The notes beneath the pieces were generated by a model that was given only the letters and a program-made list of their open reading frames with translations, did not search any database and had not been told where the DNA came from. From positions 6,460 to 70,459 of the forward strand of contig DASZCC010000427.1 in NCBI GenBank assembly GCA_035943485.1: a stretch of DNA of 64,000 nucleotides, read 5' to 3'. The position numbers and the translations under genes were made by a program. Source of the stretch: Rhizomicrobium sp. (GTDB lineage: Bacteria > Pseudomonadota > Alphaproteobacteria > Micropepsales > Micropepsaceae). The first letter of the stretch is position 1; each line of letters begins with the position of its first letter. Shown here in pieces: positions 1 to 10,576 of the stretch.

Positions 1-216
1 GAGGAAGGCCTGGCCCAGCCAGGTGTAGGTGATTGCCTGCGCCAGACTGATCGGCTGATGCGTGGCGCCGGAATAGAACGCCATGAACACCATGACCTTG
101 ATCACGCCCCACCAGCATTGCGTGGCGAAGCCCGCGAGGGCGGCGGCGCGGTATTGCAGCATCAGCCCGAAGCGGGCGCGCAGGATCGCGATATAGGGCA
201 GGGCGAGCGTGTTCAT
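1..216 (-). CDS. ABC-2 type transporter permease, N-terminal part (runs off the window)
   Basis: Translated by hand from the ATG at 216, which overlaps the upstream stop (ATGA): MNTLALPYIAILRARFGLMLQYRAAALAGFATQCWWGVIKVMVFMAFY...AITYTWLGQAFL. Hydrophobic and coupled to the ABC ATPase. Confidence 0.8.
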   Translation of the reverse strand, partial: MNTLALPYIAILRARFGLMLQYRAAALAGFATQCWWGVIKVMVFMAFYSGATHQPISLAQAITYTWLGQAFL

Positions 217-1205
217 GCGTCCACCGCGCCGTGCAGCGCATAGAATCGCGCGATCACTTCCTCGATCTTCGGATCCTCCACACGGATATCGGCCACCTCA
301 TGCGCGGCCGCGACGCGCGCGATGAGCGTGTGGGCCGCAATCTTCGACGGGTCGAAGGCGTACTCCACCGTGCGGCCGTCGCGCGATTTCACCGCGGCGC
401 CTTCGATGGTTGCTCCCGCATCGTCGCCGGCGAAGTCCACGATCAGCCGCCGCTCGCCCAGGACGTCGGCGCGCATCGATTCGAAACTGGAATCGCGCAG
501 CACCTTGCCGTTGCCGATGATGATGACGCGCCGGGCCAGCGCCTCGATGTCGTGCATGTCGTGCGTAGTCAGCAGCACGGTCACGCCGCGCTCGCGGTTC
601 AGCGTCTTCACGAAATCGCGCAGCGCCAGCTTGGACACCGCATCAAGCCCGATCGTCGGCTCGTCCAGGAACAGGATCGACGGCGAATGGATCAGCGCGG
701 CCGCGATCTCGCAGCGCATTCGCTGGCCGAGCGAAAGCTGCCGCAGAGGTGTGTCGAGGAACGGACCGAGCTTCAGCATGTCGACCAGCGTGTCGCGCGT
801 TGTCGCGTACTGCGCCTGCTCCACGCAATAGATGTCGCGCAGTAGGTCGAAGCTTTCGATGACCGGCAGGTCCCACCACAGCTGCGTGCGCTGCCCGAAC
901 ACCACGCCGATGCGGGCGACATGGGCGATGCGGTCGGTCCAGGGCACCAGACCGCCCACAACGCAGTGCCCCGAACTGGGTCTGAGGATGCCTGACAAAA
1001 TTTTGATCGTGGTTGATTTGCCGGCGCCATTGGGCCCGATGAAGCCCAGCAGCTCGCCGGGTTCGAGCGAAAAGCTGATGCGATCGAGCGCGACAACCTC
1101 GCGCGACCGGCGGTGAAAGAGGCCGCGGAACGCACCGGCAACCCCCGGATCGCGCACGGCGACGTGATAGGATTTGCTGAGATTCTCTACGTTTATCTGC
1201 GCCAT
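213..1205 (-). CDS. ABC transporter ATP-binding protein
   Basis: Walker A GPNGAGKST, signature LSLGQ, Walker B LFLDEPT, H-loop TTH. Start placed at MAQINV. Confidence 0.92.
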   Translation of the reverse strand: MAQINVENLSKSYHVAVRDPGVAGAFRGLFHRRSREVVALDRISFSLEPGELLGFIGPNGAGKSTTIKILSGILRPSSGHCVVGGLVPWTDRIAHVARIGVVFGQRTQLWWDLPVIESFDLLRDIYCVEQAQYATTRDTLVDMLKLGPFLDTPLRQLSLGQRMRCEIAAALIHSPSILFLDEPTIGLDAVSKLALRDFVKTLNRERGVTVLLTTHDMHDIEALARRVIIIGNGKVLRDSSFESMRADVLGERRLIVDFAGDDAGATIEGAAVKSRDGRTVEYAFDPSKIAAHTLIARVAAAHEVADIRVEDPKIEEVIARFYALHGAVDA

Positions 1206-1412
1206 TGTTTCCGCCCGCCCCATGCGCATTTGCGGCGGACGGGATTTCCCGCCACCGTTTCGCCTGTCAAATTGGGCGCGGAAGCTATGGGAAGGCCTGC
1301 GGCGTGGTCAATGGCGCAATCGTGAACGCGTCAAATTCGCGAAGACTGGTGCCTATTGGCATCAAGCCGAAGTGACTGGTTACAGGAAGGCGCGCCCCTT
1401 ATTCTCATGCCC

Positions 1413-2264
1413 ATGAACATTGCCGGCCGTATCTTTTTTCCTGCCCTTGCGGCGCTGAGCCTGCTGTCCTCCGCCGCTGTGGCAGGCCCGCCGCGTCCGG
1501 TGGTGGTGGAACTGTTCACGAGCCAGGGCTGCGCGGATTGCCCTCCGGCGGACATCTTCCTGGGCAAGCTTGCACAGCGGCCGGGCATTCTCGCGATCAC
1601 CCTGCCGGTCACTTACTGGGACATGCTGGGCTGGAAGGACACGCTCGCGCGCGACGACAATACGCGCCGCCAGAAAGCCTACGCGCAGGCGATGGGCCGC
1701 GGCGGCGTTTACACGCCGCAGATGATCGTCGATGGCGTAAGCGATGTGGTCGGTAGCCGGATCGCCAGCGTCGAGGCGGCAATCGCGGCGCGCGAAGACG
1801 CGATCGAGGCGTTCTTCCCCGCGACCGTAGCCGTTGCGTCGCGCGAGGCAGCGCCGCCGCCCGCGGCGATGGCTGCAGCGCCCACAGGCAAGCCGCAGCC
1901 CCTCGATCCCGTCGTTCCCATTGTGGTGCGTGAAACGCCTGACGAGATGCACATCACGATCGGTGCGGTCGACGGCGCGCACAATGCAAATGCGACGGTG
2001 TGGATGTTCCACCTCCAGTCGCAGGTCACGGTTGCCATTCCGCGCGGCGAAAATGCTGGGCACACGCTCACCTACCGCAATGTTGCCGGTGATGTGAAAG
2101 CGGTCGGCGTGTGGAAGGGCAAGACGCTGACGCTGACGCTGCCGAAGTCGGCGATGGCCGGATTGCCGCATGACGGCGTGGCGATTGTCGTGCAGCAGGG
2201 CGGCTACGGCCACATCATCGGCGCCGCCTATCTCGCGCGCCCGGATTTCTACGCACAGCGTTAG
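1413..2264 (+). CDS. DUF1223 family secreted thioredoxin-like protein
   Basis: Signal peptide, VVELFTSQGCADCPPAD (CxxC), YWDMLGWKD, VYTPQMIVDG, GENAG motifs. Start uncertain (1407/1413). Confidence 0.88.
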   Translation: MNIAGRIFFPALAALSLLSSAAVAGPPRPVVVELFTSQGCADCPPADIFLGKLAQRPGILAITLPVTYWDMLGWKDTLARDDNTRRQKAYAQAMGRGGVYTPQMIVDGVSDVVGSRIASVEAAIAAREDAIEAFFPATVAVASREAAPPPAAMAAAPTGKPQPLDPVVPIVVRETPDEMHITIGAVDGAHNANATVWMFHLQSQVTVAIPRGENAGHTLTYRNVAGDVKAVGVWKGKTLTLTLPKSAMAGLPHDGVAIVVQQGGYGHIIGAAYLARPDFYAQR

Positions 2265-2314
2265 TCCAGAAAGCGGAAGCAGATTCGCGCGCCAGATAGT
2301 ATTCTTGGCGTCCA

Positions 2315-2638
2315 ATGGCGCTGTTCTTCGATTCGGCCTGGTTCGATGCGCGTCTGTCCGCTCTCGGCATGAAGCGCGACGACGTCGCGGCCGTGCTCGG
2401 GCTGACGAAGGAGCAGGTCGCAGAACTTTGGAAAGACCAGCGCGAGCTGAAGGCAGACGATGTCCGCCTGCTGGCCTCGCTCATCGGCGCACCGGTCGCA
2501 GAGGTGGCCGATCGCGCCGGTGTTTCCACGCCGGTCCCGAAAGATGCGCCGGATGCAATCGAGGCGCGGCTCGACCGGATTGAGGCGCAGCTTGGCGCCA
2601 TGCACAAATTGCTGCTGGAGTTGAAGGAGAGGCGATGA
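2315..2638 (+). CDS. Small HTH (XRE-like) DNA-binding protein with C-terminal coiled coil
   Basis: DDVAAVLGLTKEQVAELW helix-turn-helix pattern; C-terminal heptad ARLDRIEAQL. Confidence 0.7.
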   Translation: MALFFDSAWFDARLSALGMKRDDVAAVLGLTKEQVAELWKDQRELKADDVRLLASLIGAPVAEVADRAGVSTPVPKDAPDAIEARLDRIEAQLGAMHKLLLELKERR

Positions 2639-3234
2639 TGTATCTTCCTGCCTGTCTGCTCATGGCCGCCGCGTTGGCCGCCTGGTTCGTCGCGGCTTCA
2701 GCCCGGCCAATCGTGCGCGTGCAGCTGCGTTTCGCGACGGTCTTCTTTGCAGCCCTTGGCGGTGCCGCGCTGCTGGCCGGATCTATCGTTGCCGGCGGCG
2801 TCGCGTTGATCGCCTTTCCGGTCGCACTCGCGGTGCTTGCCTTCGCCATGCGGGCCGCATTCGAAGGGCCTGCATCGCAAGGTCTTGTTGCGACTGTGCT
2901 CGGGGTCGTCAGCGCGCTCGCCATCTTTGCAGCGGCGACGGGGTGGCTCACGCCCTCGCTCGCGCCAGCCGCCGGTGCCGCTGTGGGCATGGTCATCATC
3001 AGCATCCGGGAGCAGGCGCGCATGACCGCGATTCAAGGCGCGTTGGGAAGCCTCTGCTTCATCGCAGCGCTGTGTGCATTCACAACTGCAGGCGCGAGCA
3101 CGGCTTGTCTCGCGTTTGCTACGGCTGGATTGCTGGGCGTTACGCTGGCGCTTGGCCGCGTGTCAGATGCGGCCGTCGATCACGGCGCCGCGATGCCGCG
3201 CCGCTCCGTTGTTCGCATAGGCAAGCCGCGTTAA
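2635..3234 (+). CDS. Hypothetical multi-pass membrane protein
   Basis: ATGA-coupled to the HTH gene; about 7 hydrophobic Ala/Leu/Val segments. Confidence 0.65.
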   Translation: MMYLPACLLMAAALAAWFVAASARPIVRVQLRFATVFFAALGGAALLAGSIVAGGVALIAFPVALAVLAFAMRAAFEGPASQGLVATVLGVVSALAIFAAATGWLTPSLAPAAGAAVGMVIISIREQARMTAIQGALGSLCFIAALCAFTTAGASTACLAFATAGLLGVTLALGRVSDAAVDHGAAMPRRSVVRIGKPR

Positions 3235-3522
3235 CGACACGGCCTGTTCGCGGTGATCCATCATCACCTGACCCATCACCTGCGCGACGAAGGTCGGACG
3301 CAGAACAGGTCCATGCCACAGCGGCGCAAACTCGGCTGTGCTGTTTTGAGACAGCTCAACGCCGTCGCTGTCCGGCAAGAGGTCTTCAAAATCGTCGGAT
3401 ACGCGGTGTGCGGCATCGCCTAACCCGCTGACTCCGCTGGTATTACGTACGCGCGCGTCGGGGTTTGCTGCAGGCTGCACGCCTGGCATGGCAAATCCGG
3501 AATAAACGCCGCCGATCTTCAT
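3163..3522 (-). CDS. Hypothetical protein
   Basis: 119-aa ORF filling the gap between the membrane protein and the EAL gene; natural-looking composition (PLWHGPVLRPTFVAQVMGQ). Confidence 0.55.
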   Translation of the reverse strand: MKIGGVYSGFAMPGVQPAANPDARVRNTSGVSGLGDAAHRVSDDFEDLLPDSDGVELSQNSTAEFAPLWHGPVLRPTFVAQVMGQVMMDHREQAVSLTRLAYANNGAARHRGAVIDGRI

Positions 3523-3536
3523 AACCCTATCTTAAC
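3521..3536. promoter_or_regulatory. Candidate CtrA-binding site
   Basis: ATAA-ccctatc-TTAAC, one mismatch to TTAA-N7-TTAAC, in a divergent promoter region. Confidence 0.4.
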
Positions 3537-3649
3537 GCAAAACACGCGCCGCAGTTCGGGAATTTCGCAGGTGCCACAGGGGTTACGACATTTTTAAAGG
3601 CCTGCGCCGATAGTGGCTCCCATAAGCCGGAAAAAATTCGGCGGGGAAC

Positions 3650-5377
3650 ATGGGTATGAGTGTGGTGAGCCAGCCGCTTCACAAGAAGCCTGCGGAAGGC
3701 CTTGATGTCCTGTCTGCGTCTGAGCAGGCGGAGCGCTTGCGCTTCGCGATGCTGGCGTCCGGCGTTGCGGCATTCGACTGGACGATCGCGGACGATCACA
3801 TCGTCTGGGACGGCACGCTCGATCTCATTCCCTATCACAACGACACCGAACGCCTGTCGCGCGGTGCACATTTCCAGGGATGGCTGGCGCCCGATTCACG
3901 CGTCCGGCTGATGCAGCTCATCGAGACGCGCAACGCGCAACAGAGCACCTTCGACCTTGCGCTCGAGGCTTCGTCAGCGATGGGGTCGCTGTGGCTGACG
4001 ATGGTCGGCACGCGCCTGTCGCGCGCTGATGGCCGCACGGAGCGGCTGACCGGTGTGCTGCGCGTCACCACCGAGCATCAGCGCGAGATGCAGCGGCTGT
4101 CCTATCTCGCAACGCGCGACGAATTGACGGGCCATCTGAACCGCAACGCTCTACGCGGCGAGCTTTCGCAGGCGATCGACCGCGCCCGCGCCGAGGATCG
4201 GCACTGCGCGTTTCTCGTGGCCTCCATTGACCGCCTTGCCGTGATCAATGACGGCTACGGCTTCGACGCAGGCGACGAGGTGATCGTCGCGGTCGGCGAG
4301 CGCCTCGCGCGCACACTGCGTGCAAGCGACATCACGGGACGCATCGCCGGCAACAAGTTCGGTGTCATCCTGAAGAATTGCGCCGAACGCGAGATCGCGG
4401 TCGTCGCCGAGCGTCTGCGCGCGGTCGTGCGCGGCAGCATCGTCGACACCCGTTGCGGCCATGTGCCGGCGACGATCTCGCTGGGTGCCGTGTGGCTGCC
4501 GACAACTGCAGCGACCAGCCAGGAAGCAATGCTGCGCGCCGAGGAAGCCCTCGATCGTGCACGTGTGTCGGGCCGCGACGGTTTCTCGATGTACGAGAAG
4601 TCGCCACAGCGCGAAGGCGCCCGCCTGCGCCTCATGGGCATCGCCGATGAAGTGACTGCCGCACTCAACACCGGTCGGTTGCACCTGGCGTATCAGCCGA
4701 TCATCGACGCCGCATCGCGCAAACCGGTGCACTATGAGGGCCTGCTGCGCATGGAGCGGGTGGATGGCACGATGGTGACAGCTGGCCATTTCGTGCCGGC
4801 GGCCGAGCAGCTGGGCCTGATCCGCATGGTCGATCGCCGTTCGCTGGAGATGACGATCGCGGCGCTCTACGCCCATCCCGGTATCTCTCTGGCGGTCAAC
4901 GTGTCCGGCACCGCGGCATCGGATCCGTCATGGCTCAAATCGTTCATCGAATGCGTCAAGGCGAACAAGCCGGTCGCGAGCCGGCTCATCGTGGAGCTGA
5001 CGGAAACCGCCGCGCTCGATCATTTCGAGGAGAACGCGCAGTTCGTCTCGCAGCTGCGCGAGATGGGCGCGCGGATCGCGATCGACGATTTCGGTGCGGG
5101 CTATACGTCGTTCCGCAATCTGCAGATGCTGCATGTCGACATGGTCAAGATCGATGGCACCTTCATCACCGGCCTGTCGCAGTCGCCGGAGAACCAGCTG
5201 TTCGTGCGCACGCTCGTCGACCTCGCGAAAAAGTTCGACCTGAAGACCGTCGCGGAATGGGTGGAGAACGAAGCCGACGCCGCGCTGCTCTCCAGCTTCG
5301 GCATCGACTACCTGCAGGGCTTCTTCTTCGGCGAGCCGGAATTGCGCCCGCGCTGGAACAAGAAGGCGGTTGCCTAG
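3650..5377 (+). CDS. PAS-like + degenerate GGDEF + EAL c-di-GMP phosphodiesterase
   Basis: RDELTGHLNR, then AGNKF in place of GGDEF; EAL domain with YQPI, EGLLR, ELTET, IDDFGAGYTS, VKIDG, AEWVE, YLQGFFFG. Confidence 0.9.
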   Translation: MGMSVVSQPLHKKPAEGLDVLSASEQAERLRFAMLASGVAAFDWTIADDHIVWDGTLDLIPYHNDTERLSRGAHFQGWLAPDSRVRLMQLIETRNAQQSTFDLALEASSAMGSLWLTMVGTRLSRADGRTERLTGVLRVTTEHQREMQRLSYLATRDELTGHLNRNALRGELSQAIDRARAEDRHCAFLVASIDRLAVINDGYGFDAGDEVIVAVGERLARTLRASDITGRIAGNKFGVILKNCAEREIAVVAERLRAVVRGSIVDTRCGHVPATISLGAVWLPTTAATSQEAMLRAEEALDRARVSGRDGFSMYEKSPQREGARLRLMGIADEVTAALNTGRLHLAYQPIIDAASRKPVHYEGLLRMERVDGTMVTAGHFVPAAEQLGLIRMVDRRSLEMTIAALYAHPGISLAVNVSGTAASDPSWLKSFIECVKANKPVASRLIVELTETAALDHFEENAQFVSQLREMGARIAIDDFGAGYTSFRNLQMLHVDMVKIDGTFITGLSQSPENQLFVRTLVDLAKKFDLKTVAEWVENEADAALLSSFGIDYLQGFFFGEPELRPRWNKKAVA

Positions 5378-5982
5378 CGCCGCTGGCTTAGTTCGGCGAG
5401 TTGCTTGCGCATCGCCTCGATTTCACTCTTCAGCTCCGAGATGTCTTCCGCGGGCTTGCCCTTGTTGTCGGTCGCGCCGTTCGGCTTGGTGTCGTCCTCA
5501 CCACCGGCCGCGCGCCGCTGTGCGGCGGCGAAGGGCGAGAACATCGACATCGTGCGCTCGAAGATCGCCATGTTCTGGCGCGTGAGGTTTTCGATAACCT
5601 GGCTTGAGCCGCCGAACGCTTCGGCGAGACGCGTGCGCATCGCTTCCTGGTTCTTGGTGAAGCCTTCCATGCTCATGTCGAGATAGCCCGGCACGAAGCT
5701 CTGCAGGCTGTCGCCATAGAAGCGGATGAGCTGGCGAAGGAACTTTATCGGCAGCAGGCTTTGGCCCTTGGCCTCTTCCTCGAAGATGATCTGGGTCAAC
5801 ACCGATCGGGTGATGTCGTCGCCGGTGCGGGCGTCCCGGACTTCGAATTCCGTTCCTTCCTTCACCATGGCTGCCAGATGATCGAGCGTCACATAGCTCG
5901 ACGTCTGGGTGTTGTAGAGCCGCCGGTTGGCGTACTTCTTAATGATGACCGGGGCTTCGCCCGTAGGTTTCTCGTCCGACAC
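5374..5982 (-). CDS. phaR: Polyhydroxyalkanoate synthesis repressor PhaR
   Basis: IIKKYANRRLYNTQTSSYVTL, DITRSVLTQIIFEEE, FLRQLIRFYGDSLQ; divergent from phaA. Confidence 0.96.
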   Translation of the reverse strand: MSDEKPTGEAPVIIKKYANRRLYNTQTSSYVTLDHLAAMVKEGTEFEVRDARTGDDITRSVLTQIIFEEEAKGQSLLPIKFLRQLIRFYGDSLQSFVPGYLDMSMEGFTKNQEAMRTRLAEAFGGSSQVIENLTRQNMAIFERTMSMFSPFAAAQRRAAGGEDDTKPNGATDNKGKPAEDISELKSEIEAMRKQLAELSQRR

Positions 5983-6130
5983 CGATATATCTCTTTGATT
6001 TGAAGGCGTTTCGCGCCACTTGGCGGGCGTTTCTCTCGCAACAGCACAACATCAGCCAAGCGGGCATGTAAAGTGCCATTTGCGCAAGCGCGAAAAGGAG
6101 TTGCCTAATCCACAGGCACTAAGCTGCTGA

Positions 6131-7396
<1,266 letters not shown>

Positions 7397-7472
7397 CGAG
7401 GACGGCAAGTAACACGTTCACGGCCGGAGCCGGTCGGGTATCACAACAAGAAATTGCTTGGGGAGTAAGGTC

Positions 7473-8198
7473 ATGTCACGGGTTGCATTGGTCACAGGCG
7501 GAACGCGCGGTATCGGCTCCGCGATTTCGATCGGCCTGAAGAATTGCGGCTTCAAGGTCGCGGCGAACTATGCCGGCAATGACGACGCGGCTCAGAAGTT
7601 CAAGGCCGAAAACGGCATTGACGTCTTCAAATGGGATGTCGGCAATTTCGACGCCTGCGCCGCCGGCATCAAGGACGTCGAAGGCACGCTCGGTCCGGTC
7701 GACATCCTGGTGAACAATGCTGGCATCACGCGCGACTCCATGTTGCACAAGATGACGGCCGAGCAGTGGCGCGAAGTGGTGTGCGTCAACCTCGACTCCA
7801 TGTTCAACATGTGCCGCAACGTGATCGACGGCATGCGCGACCGCAATTTCGGCCGCATCGTGAACATCTCCTCCATCAACGGCCAGAAGGGCCAGATGGG
7901 CCAGACCAACTACTCCGCTGCCAAGGCCGGCATCATCGGCTTCACCAAGGCGTTGGCGCAGGAGACCGCGAAGAAGGGCATCACCGTCAACGTGATCGCG
8001 CCGGGCTATATCGACACCGAAATGGTCCAGGCCGTGCCGCCCAAAGTGCTGGAAGGCATCATCGCGACGATCCCGGTTGGCCGCCTCGGCAAAGCCGACG
8101 AGATCGCCAAGATGGTCTGCTTCCTCGCCGCTGACGATTGCGGATTCGTCACCGGCGCGACCATGACGGTCAACGGCGCGCAATATATTGCGGGATAG
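7473..8198 (+). CDS. phaB: Acetoacetyl-CoA reductase
   Basis: SDR fold: TGGTRGIG, NNAGITRD, SSINGQKGQMGQTNYSAAK; follows phaA. Confidence 0.95.
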   Translation: MSRVALVTGGTRGIGSAISIGLKNCGFKVAANYAGNDDAAQKFKAENGIDVFKWDVGNFDACAAGIKDVEGTLGPVDILVNNAGITRDSMLHKMTAEQWREVVCVNLDSMFNMCRNVIDGMRDRNFGRIVNISSINGQKGQMGQTNYSAAKAGIIGFTKALAQETAKKGITVNVIAPGYIDTEMVQAVPPKVLEGIIATIPVGRLGKADEIAKMVCFLAADDCGFVTGATMTVNGAQYIAG

Positions 8199-8224
8199 GC
8201 GCGGTCGCAGGTCACTCTCATAAG

Positions 8225-8336
8225 GCTGTCATCCCGGAAGGCTCGCGCAGCGAGACTATCCGGGACCTATTCCAACGCCTCGGGATGGGTCCCGGCTCGG
8301 CGCGACGCTGACGCATCGCTTGGCCGGGATGACAAG
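8225..8336. repeat. Palindromic intergenic repeat (TGTCATCCCGG...CCGGGATGACA family), copy 1
   Basis: Terminal inverted repeats with internal hairpins; near-identical in reverse complement to 33925-34036. Confidence 0.88.
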
Positions 8337-8407
8337 TGGGCTTGGTTTTGCCCAGCGCGCCGCGTGACATAGATTGCGGAACGTTCGATTCGTTGCGACG
8401 GATATCC

Positions 8408-9016
8408 GTGAACTCCGCATCCTCCCTCGCCGTCCAGTCGCTCACCTGCATCCGCGGGCGGCGGGTGGTGTTTCGGGATCTCAGCTTTGCGGTCGGGGCC
8501 GGGCGGCTTCTTGTCGTCGAGGGGCCGAATGGTGCGGGCAAGACTTCGCTGCTGCGGCTGATCGCAGGATTTCTTGCACCGGAGGCGGGTCGCGTCGAAC
8601 TCGACGGCGTCACCGATGCGGAGGAGCGCGGGAAGCGTATCGGATGGCTTGGTCATCACGATGCCGCGAAGGTGCAGTTCACGCCCGCCGAGACGCTTTC
8701 TTTTTTTCAGAACCTTTACGGAGTAACCGCCGACATCGGCGCGGCGCTCGCTGAGGTGGGTCTGTCGCGCGTCGCCGATCTGTCCTGCCAGTATCTGTCC
8801 GCCGGACAGAAGAAGCGCCTCGCGCTCGCCCGGCTGAAAATATGCGGCCGTCCGCTCTGGCTGATGGACGAACCGCTTGCCGCGCTGGATGCACAGGGCA
8901 AGGCGCTCGCCGCGTCGATGATCACCGCACACTGCGGTGCGGGCGGCATCGCTGTCGTGGCCACGCATGAAGCGCTCGGCATTGCAGGCGAGACCTTGAT
9001 GCTTGGTGCCGCATGA
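8408..9016 (+). CDS. ccmA: Heme exporter ATP-binding protein CcmA
   Basis: GPNGAGKTSLLR, LSAGQKKRLALARL, WLMDEP, ATH; first gene of the ccm cluster. GTG start at 8408 inferred. Confidence 0.93.
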   Translation: MNSASSLAVQSLTCIRGRRVVFRDLSFAVGAGRLLVVEGPNGAGKTSLLRLIAGFLAPEAGRVELDGVTDAEERGKRIGWLGHHDAAKVQFTPAETLSFFQNLYGVTADIGAALAEVGLSRVADLSCQYLSAGQKKRLALARLKICGRPLWLMDEPLAALDAQGKALAASMITAHCGAGGIAVVATHEALGIAGETLMLGAA

Positions 9017-9678
9017 GCAGCGTGACCGCTCTCCTCCTGCGCGACATCCGGCTTGCGACGCGTGCGGGCGGCAGCGCGGCACTCGCGCTCGCCTTCTTCG
9101 TCGCGGTCGCAACGCTGGTGCCGCTCGGCATCGGGACCGACCTCCATCTGCTGGAGCGCGTCGCTGCCGGTGTCCTGTGGGTCGCCGCCGTGCTCGCGGC
9201 GCTGCTCGCGCTCGACCGGCTGTTCCAGGCGGATTTCGAGGACGGTTCGCTCGACCTCATTGCGCTCTCGCCTCAGGCGCTGGAAGCCACGTCTGCCGCC
9301 AAAATTGCGGCGCACTGGCTGACCACCGGCCTGCCGCTCACGGTTCTTTCACCCTTGCTCGGTCTGATGTTCGGGTTGCCGGGGGATGCCATGGCCACGC
9401 TGACACTTTCGCTGCTGATCGGAACGCCCGCGGTTAGCGCGCTGGGCGCGATCGGCGCGGCGCTCACGGTCTCGGTGCGCCGCGGCGGTCTGATCCTGCC
9501 GCTGCTGGTGCTGCCGTTGCTTGCGCCGGCGGTGATCTTTGGTGCGGGCGCGGTCATTGCCACGCTCGATCATCTTCCCGGCGGCGCGCTCTGGTTTCTC
9601 GGCGCGTTCTCGCTGGCCGCCGTGCTGCTTTCGCCCTTTGCCGCTGCCGCGGCGCTGCGGCTCAACCTCGCAGGATGA
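9013..9678 (+). CDS. ccmB: Heme exporter protein CcmB
   Basis: DRLFQADFEDGSLD, AHWLTTGLP, GTPAVS, LLVLPL. Confidence 0.95.
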   Translation: MSSVTALLLRDIRLATRAGGSAALALAFFVAVATLVPLGIGTDLHLLERVAAGVLWVAAVLAALLALDRLFQADFEDGSLDLIALSPQALEATSAAKIAAHWLTTGLPLTVLSPLLGLMFGLPGDAMATLTLSLLIGTPAVSALGAIGAALTVSVRRGGLILPLLVLPLLAPAVIFGAGAVIATLDHLPGGALWFLGAFSLAAVLLSPFAAAAALRLNLAG

Positions 9679-9713
9679 CCGCGATGCTTGCCGCAGCGGA
9701 AGCGAGGTCCTAG

Positions 9714-10433
9714 ATGGCGGCCATGTTCACCCTCGCCAATCCCAAGCGCTTCATGGATCTGAGCGCGCGGCTGCTGCCGTGGCTCGCCGTCGCAACGATG
9801 CTCGCGCTGGGAGCGGGCCTGATCCTCGGCTTCCTCGCGCCGCCGGATTATCAGCAGGGCTCGACGGTCAAGATCATGTTCCTGCATGTCCCCGCGGCCT
9901 GGACGGCGATGATGTCCTATGGGCTTCTCGCCGTGGCGTCGCTCGTGGTGCTGGTATGGCGCCATCCGCTGGCCGATGTCGCGGCCAAGGCGGCGGCGCC
10001 GCTGGGCGCGATTTTCACTGCGCTGGGCCTGATTACCGGCTCACTCTGGGGCCGCCCGATGTGGGGGACCTACTGGGTCTGGGATGCGCGGCTGACCTCG
10101 TTCCTGCTGCTGCTGCTGCTGTATCTTGGCTATATCGCGCTGCGGAATGCGATCGAGGATGAGCTGCGGGCGGCGCGGGCGTGTGCGATCCTGGCCCTTG
10201 TCGGCGCGGTCAACCTGCCGATCATCGAATACTCGGTGAACTGGCACACGCTGCACCAGGGTGAGAGCATCGTCCGCCAGGGCGGGCCACTGATCTCCAC
10301 CGTCTTCCTCTGGCCGCTGGGCCTGATGGCGCTGGGCTACACGCTGCTGTTCTTCACGCTGTTAACCATCCGCATACGGACGGAGATCCTGGAGCGGCGC
10401 GCCCGCTCGCTGATGCTGGGTGCAGGCGCATGA
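9714..10433 (+). CDS. ccmC: Heme exporter protein CcmC
   Basis: PPDYQQG, HVPAAW, WGRPMWGTYWVWDARLT (WWD motif), TLHQ. Confidence 0.96.
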   Translation: MAAMFTLANPKRFMDLSARLLPWLAVATMLALGAGLILGFLAPPDYQQGSTVKIMFLHVPAAWTAMMSYGLLAVASLVVLVWRHPLADVAAKAAAPLGAIFTALGLITGSLWGRPMWGTYWVWDARLTSFLLLLLLYLGYIALRNAIEDELRAARACAILALVGAVNLPIIEYSVNWHTLHQGESIVRQGGPLISTVFLWPLGLMALGYTLLFFTLLTIRIRTEILERRARSLMLGAGA

Positions 10434-10576
10434 GCATGTTCGACATGGGCGCCTATGGCGCGTTCGTCTGGCCCGCCTATGCCGTGAGCGTCATTGGTCT
10501 GGGCGTAGCGGTGATCTGGACCTTGCGTGCCTATGCACGCGCCAGAGCGCGGCTGGTTGCACTGGAGAAGCCGTGA
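10430..10576 (+). CDS. ccmD: Heme exporter protein CcmD
   Basis: Below the ORF-track cutoff. Translated by hand: MSMFDMGAYGAFVWPAYAVSVIGLGVAVIWTLRAYARARARLVALEKP; overlaps ccmC (ATGA) and ccmG (GTGA). Confidence 0.9.
   Translation: MSMFDMGAYGAFVWPAYAVSVIGLGVAVIWTLRAYARARARLVALEKP

Noticed and set aside
10420-10572. N-terminal extension of the ccmG ORF
   Set aside because: The region is occupied by ccmD in another frame; ccmG starts at the GTG at 10573.
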